A stretch of DNA of 63,545 bases, filler included, from Thermodesulfobacteriota bacterium (GTDB taxonomy: Bacteria > DASVDK01), in the NCBI GenBank assembly GCA_036381125.1. It is 7 parts of 7 records of this genome, joined end to end, with 100 filler letters (N's around TTAATTAATTAA, not from the genome) between each part and the next. Parts side by side here need not be neighbours in the genome. Positions count along the whole stretch, not along the records: positions 57,595 to 63,545 come from DASVDK010000072.1; 6 more parts are not named here. One strand, written 5' to 3'. This document shows positions 61,977 through 63,545 of the stretch, in pieces. Position numbers and translations under genes: made by a program. The stretch's first letter is position 1. The number at the start of each line of letters is the position of its first letter. The notes beneath the pieces are model-generated. The model made no database searches. It had not been told where the DNA came from and worked only from the letters and a program-made list of their open reading frames with translations.

Positions 61977-62984
61977 CTAGATCAGGAACCCGTCCCGGAG
62001 GGGGTCGTCGGGATCGACGACGAGCGTGCTGATGGCGACGAGGTGCGCGCGGCCGGCCACCTCCGGGACGACGGCGCGCACGCCGTTCAGTGAGACCTCG
62101 CGGAGCAGGCGGCCGCGGAAACGGGTGCCGACGACGCTCTCGTGGACGAACGGCTCGCCGAGCGCCAGCAGGCCCTTCGCGTGGAGGTCGGCCATGCGGG
62201 CGCTCGTGCCGGTGCCGCAGGGGGAGCGGTCGACGGCCCGGGGGGCCACGATGACGACGTTGCGGCGGTGGGCGCCGGCGCCGGCGGCCGGGCCGGTCCA
62301 CTGGATGTAGAGCAGCTCGGGGAAGCCGGGCCGTTCGGGGTGCTCGAGCGGGATGGTCGCCTCCATCAGCAGCCGGATCCGCTCCCCCGCGTCGACGAGC
62401 CGCGGGCAGGCCTCGGGCGTGAGCGGAAGGTCGAGCTGGGCGGCCTCGACGATCGCGTAGAAGTGCCCCCCGTACGCCAGGTCGACCGTTACCGGCGGGA
62501 GCCCCTCGGCCTCCACGACGAGCCCGCGCCGGTAGGCGAATGCCGGCACGTTCTCGAAGGCCACCTCCACCACCCGCCGCGCCTCGACCCTGGCACGCGC
62601 CGTCACGAGGCCGGCGGCCGTGTCGAGCGTCACCTCGGCCACGCCGTCCGAGACCGGCACGCGGCCGGTCTCGACGAGCCAGGTGGCGAGCGCGATGGTG
62701 CCGTGCCCGCACATGTAGACGGGGCCGAGCGGCTCGAGGAAGACGATCCCGGCGTCGGCCCCGTTCACGGTCGGCTCGGTGACGATGGCGCCGCACATGG
62801 CGCCGTGCCCGCGCGGCTCGAGGAGGACCTGCCTCCGGAGCGCGTCCATGTGGTCCCGCACGTGGACCGTCTTCTCCATCATGGTCGCCCCGGGGATCGG
62901 CCCGACGCCGCCGACGACGATCCGGAAGGGCTCGCCGGCGGTGTGGTAGTCGAAGCAGGAGAGGGTGCGGCTCACCGTGATCAC
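61977..62984 (-). CDS. Proline racemase / hydroxyproline 2-epimerase family
   Basis: HTAGEP, EPRGH, MCGHGT, DRSPCGTGTSA (Cys/Cys pair); GAGGAGG RBS before GTG. Confidence 0.93.
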   Translation of the reverse strand: MITVSRTLSCFDYHTAGEPFRIVVGGVGPIPGATMMEKTVHVRDHMDALRRQVLLEPRGHGAMCGAIVTEPTVNGADAGIVFLEPLGPVYMCGHGTIALATWLVETGRVPVSDGVAEVTLDTAAGLVTARARVEARRVVEVAFENVPAFAYRRGLVVEAEGLPPVTVDLAYGGHFYAIVEAAQLDLPLTPEACPRLVDAGERIRLLMEATIPLEHPERPGFPELLYIQWTGPAAGAGAHRRNVVIVAPRAVDRSPCGTGTSARMADLHAKGLLALGEPFVHESVVGTRFRGRLLREVSLNGVRAVVPEVAGRAHLVAISTLVVDPDDPLRDGFLI

Positions 62985-62998
62985 GGCCGGGACCTCCT

Positions 62999-63545
62999 CT
63001 AGAGCAGCGCCTCCTCGGCGACGGGCGCCCCCTCGGCGAAGCGAGCGGGACGGAAGGGCGCCATGTCGAGCGTGGTCGAGCGCCCGAGCCGGACGGTCTC
63101 GGCGATTGCCAGGCCGACGGCCGGCGCCAGCATGACCCCATGCCCGGAGAGGCCGGCCGCCAGGAGGAAGCCGGGCCGGTCGGGGTGCTCGCCGAGAAGC
63201 GCGGCATGGTCGGGCGAGTCGTCCTGCAGGCCGGCCCATCCCCGCAGCAGCCGGCCGCGCGCCACCGGCGGCAGGCGGCCCGAGAGCGACGGCAGGACCG
63301 CGGTCTTGAAGCGGGCGGCGTCGTACGGGAAGGGGCCCCCGCCGAGGTCGGCCGGGTCGGGGAGGCCGGCGCCGCGCCCCTCGCCGACCCGGACCCGTCC
63401 CTCGCCGTCGGGCCGGAAGTGGATGCCGGACGGGTCGACGGTGAAGGGCCAGTCGTCGCCCATCGGGCTAGCCGGCTCGACCACGTAGACCTGGCGGCGC
63501 AGCGGCGTCACCGGCACGTCGACGCCGGCGAGGCGGCCGACGCGG
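62999..63545 (-). CDS. FAD-dependent D-amino-acid/sarcosine oxidase-like oxidoreductase (5' end outside window)
   Basis: WAGL..SPDH..LLG, AGLSGHGVMLAPAVG, FRPARF. Confidence 0.88.
   Translation of the reverse strand, partial: RVGRLAGVDVPVTPLRRQVYVVEPASPMGDDWPFTVDPSGIHFRPDGEGRVRVGEGRGAGLPDPADLGGGPFPYDAARFKTAVLPSLSGRLPPVARGRLLRGWAGLQDDSPDHAALLGEHPDRPGFLLAAGLSGHGVMLAPAVGLAIAETVRLGRSTTLDMAPFRPARFAEGAPVAEEALL

Overview
Very GC-rich bacterial DNA, probably a metagenome-assembled genome. It is made of seven sequence blocks joined by artificial 100-nt N/TTAATTAATTAA linkers. Gene content (PilZ-receiver proteins, several sigma54/NtrC systems, hpnR, a Myxococcota-style RAYT fragment) suggests a deltaproteobacterial/Myxococcota- or Methylomirabilota-like lineage; this is an inference. 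Most of the window is housekeeping and signalling: a USP cluster with a PAS kinase and NtrC regulator, the groEL end, ileS-lspA-lgt, pepA, ada/ogt, a peptide ABC transporter, glnB-glnA, gabD, tenA, ppa, proC and a proline racemase cluster. The most unusual items are: (1) a dispersed 25-bp-period repeat family GGGGTCAGGTCT-N5-TTTTCC, with 12 copies at 3 loci, one a 4+3 inverted array; (2) a lower-GC island carrying a DUF5131 (Cx6Cx2C) plus TcmP methyltransferase-like pair next to a truncated RAYT transposase; (3) an Lgt homolog lacking the canonical catalytic arginines; (4) a fused gvpL/F-gvpK gas-vesicle deletion scar; (5) apparently leaderless sigma54 and sigma70 promoters, including a symmetric bidirectional one; (6) hipBA with three clear operators. 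No rRNA, tRNA or CRISPR array was recognised. All family calls are by motif recognition, not database search.
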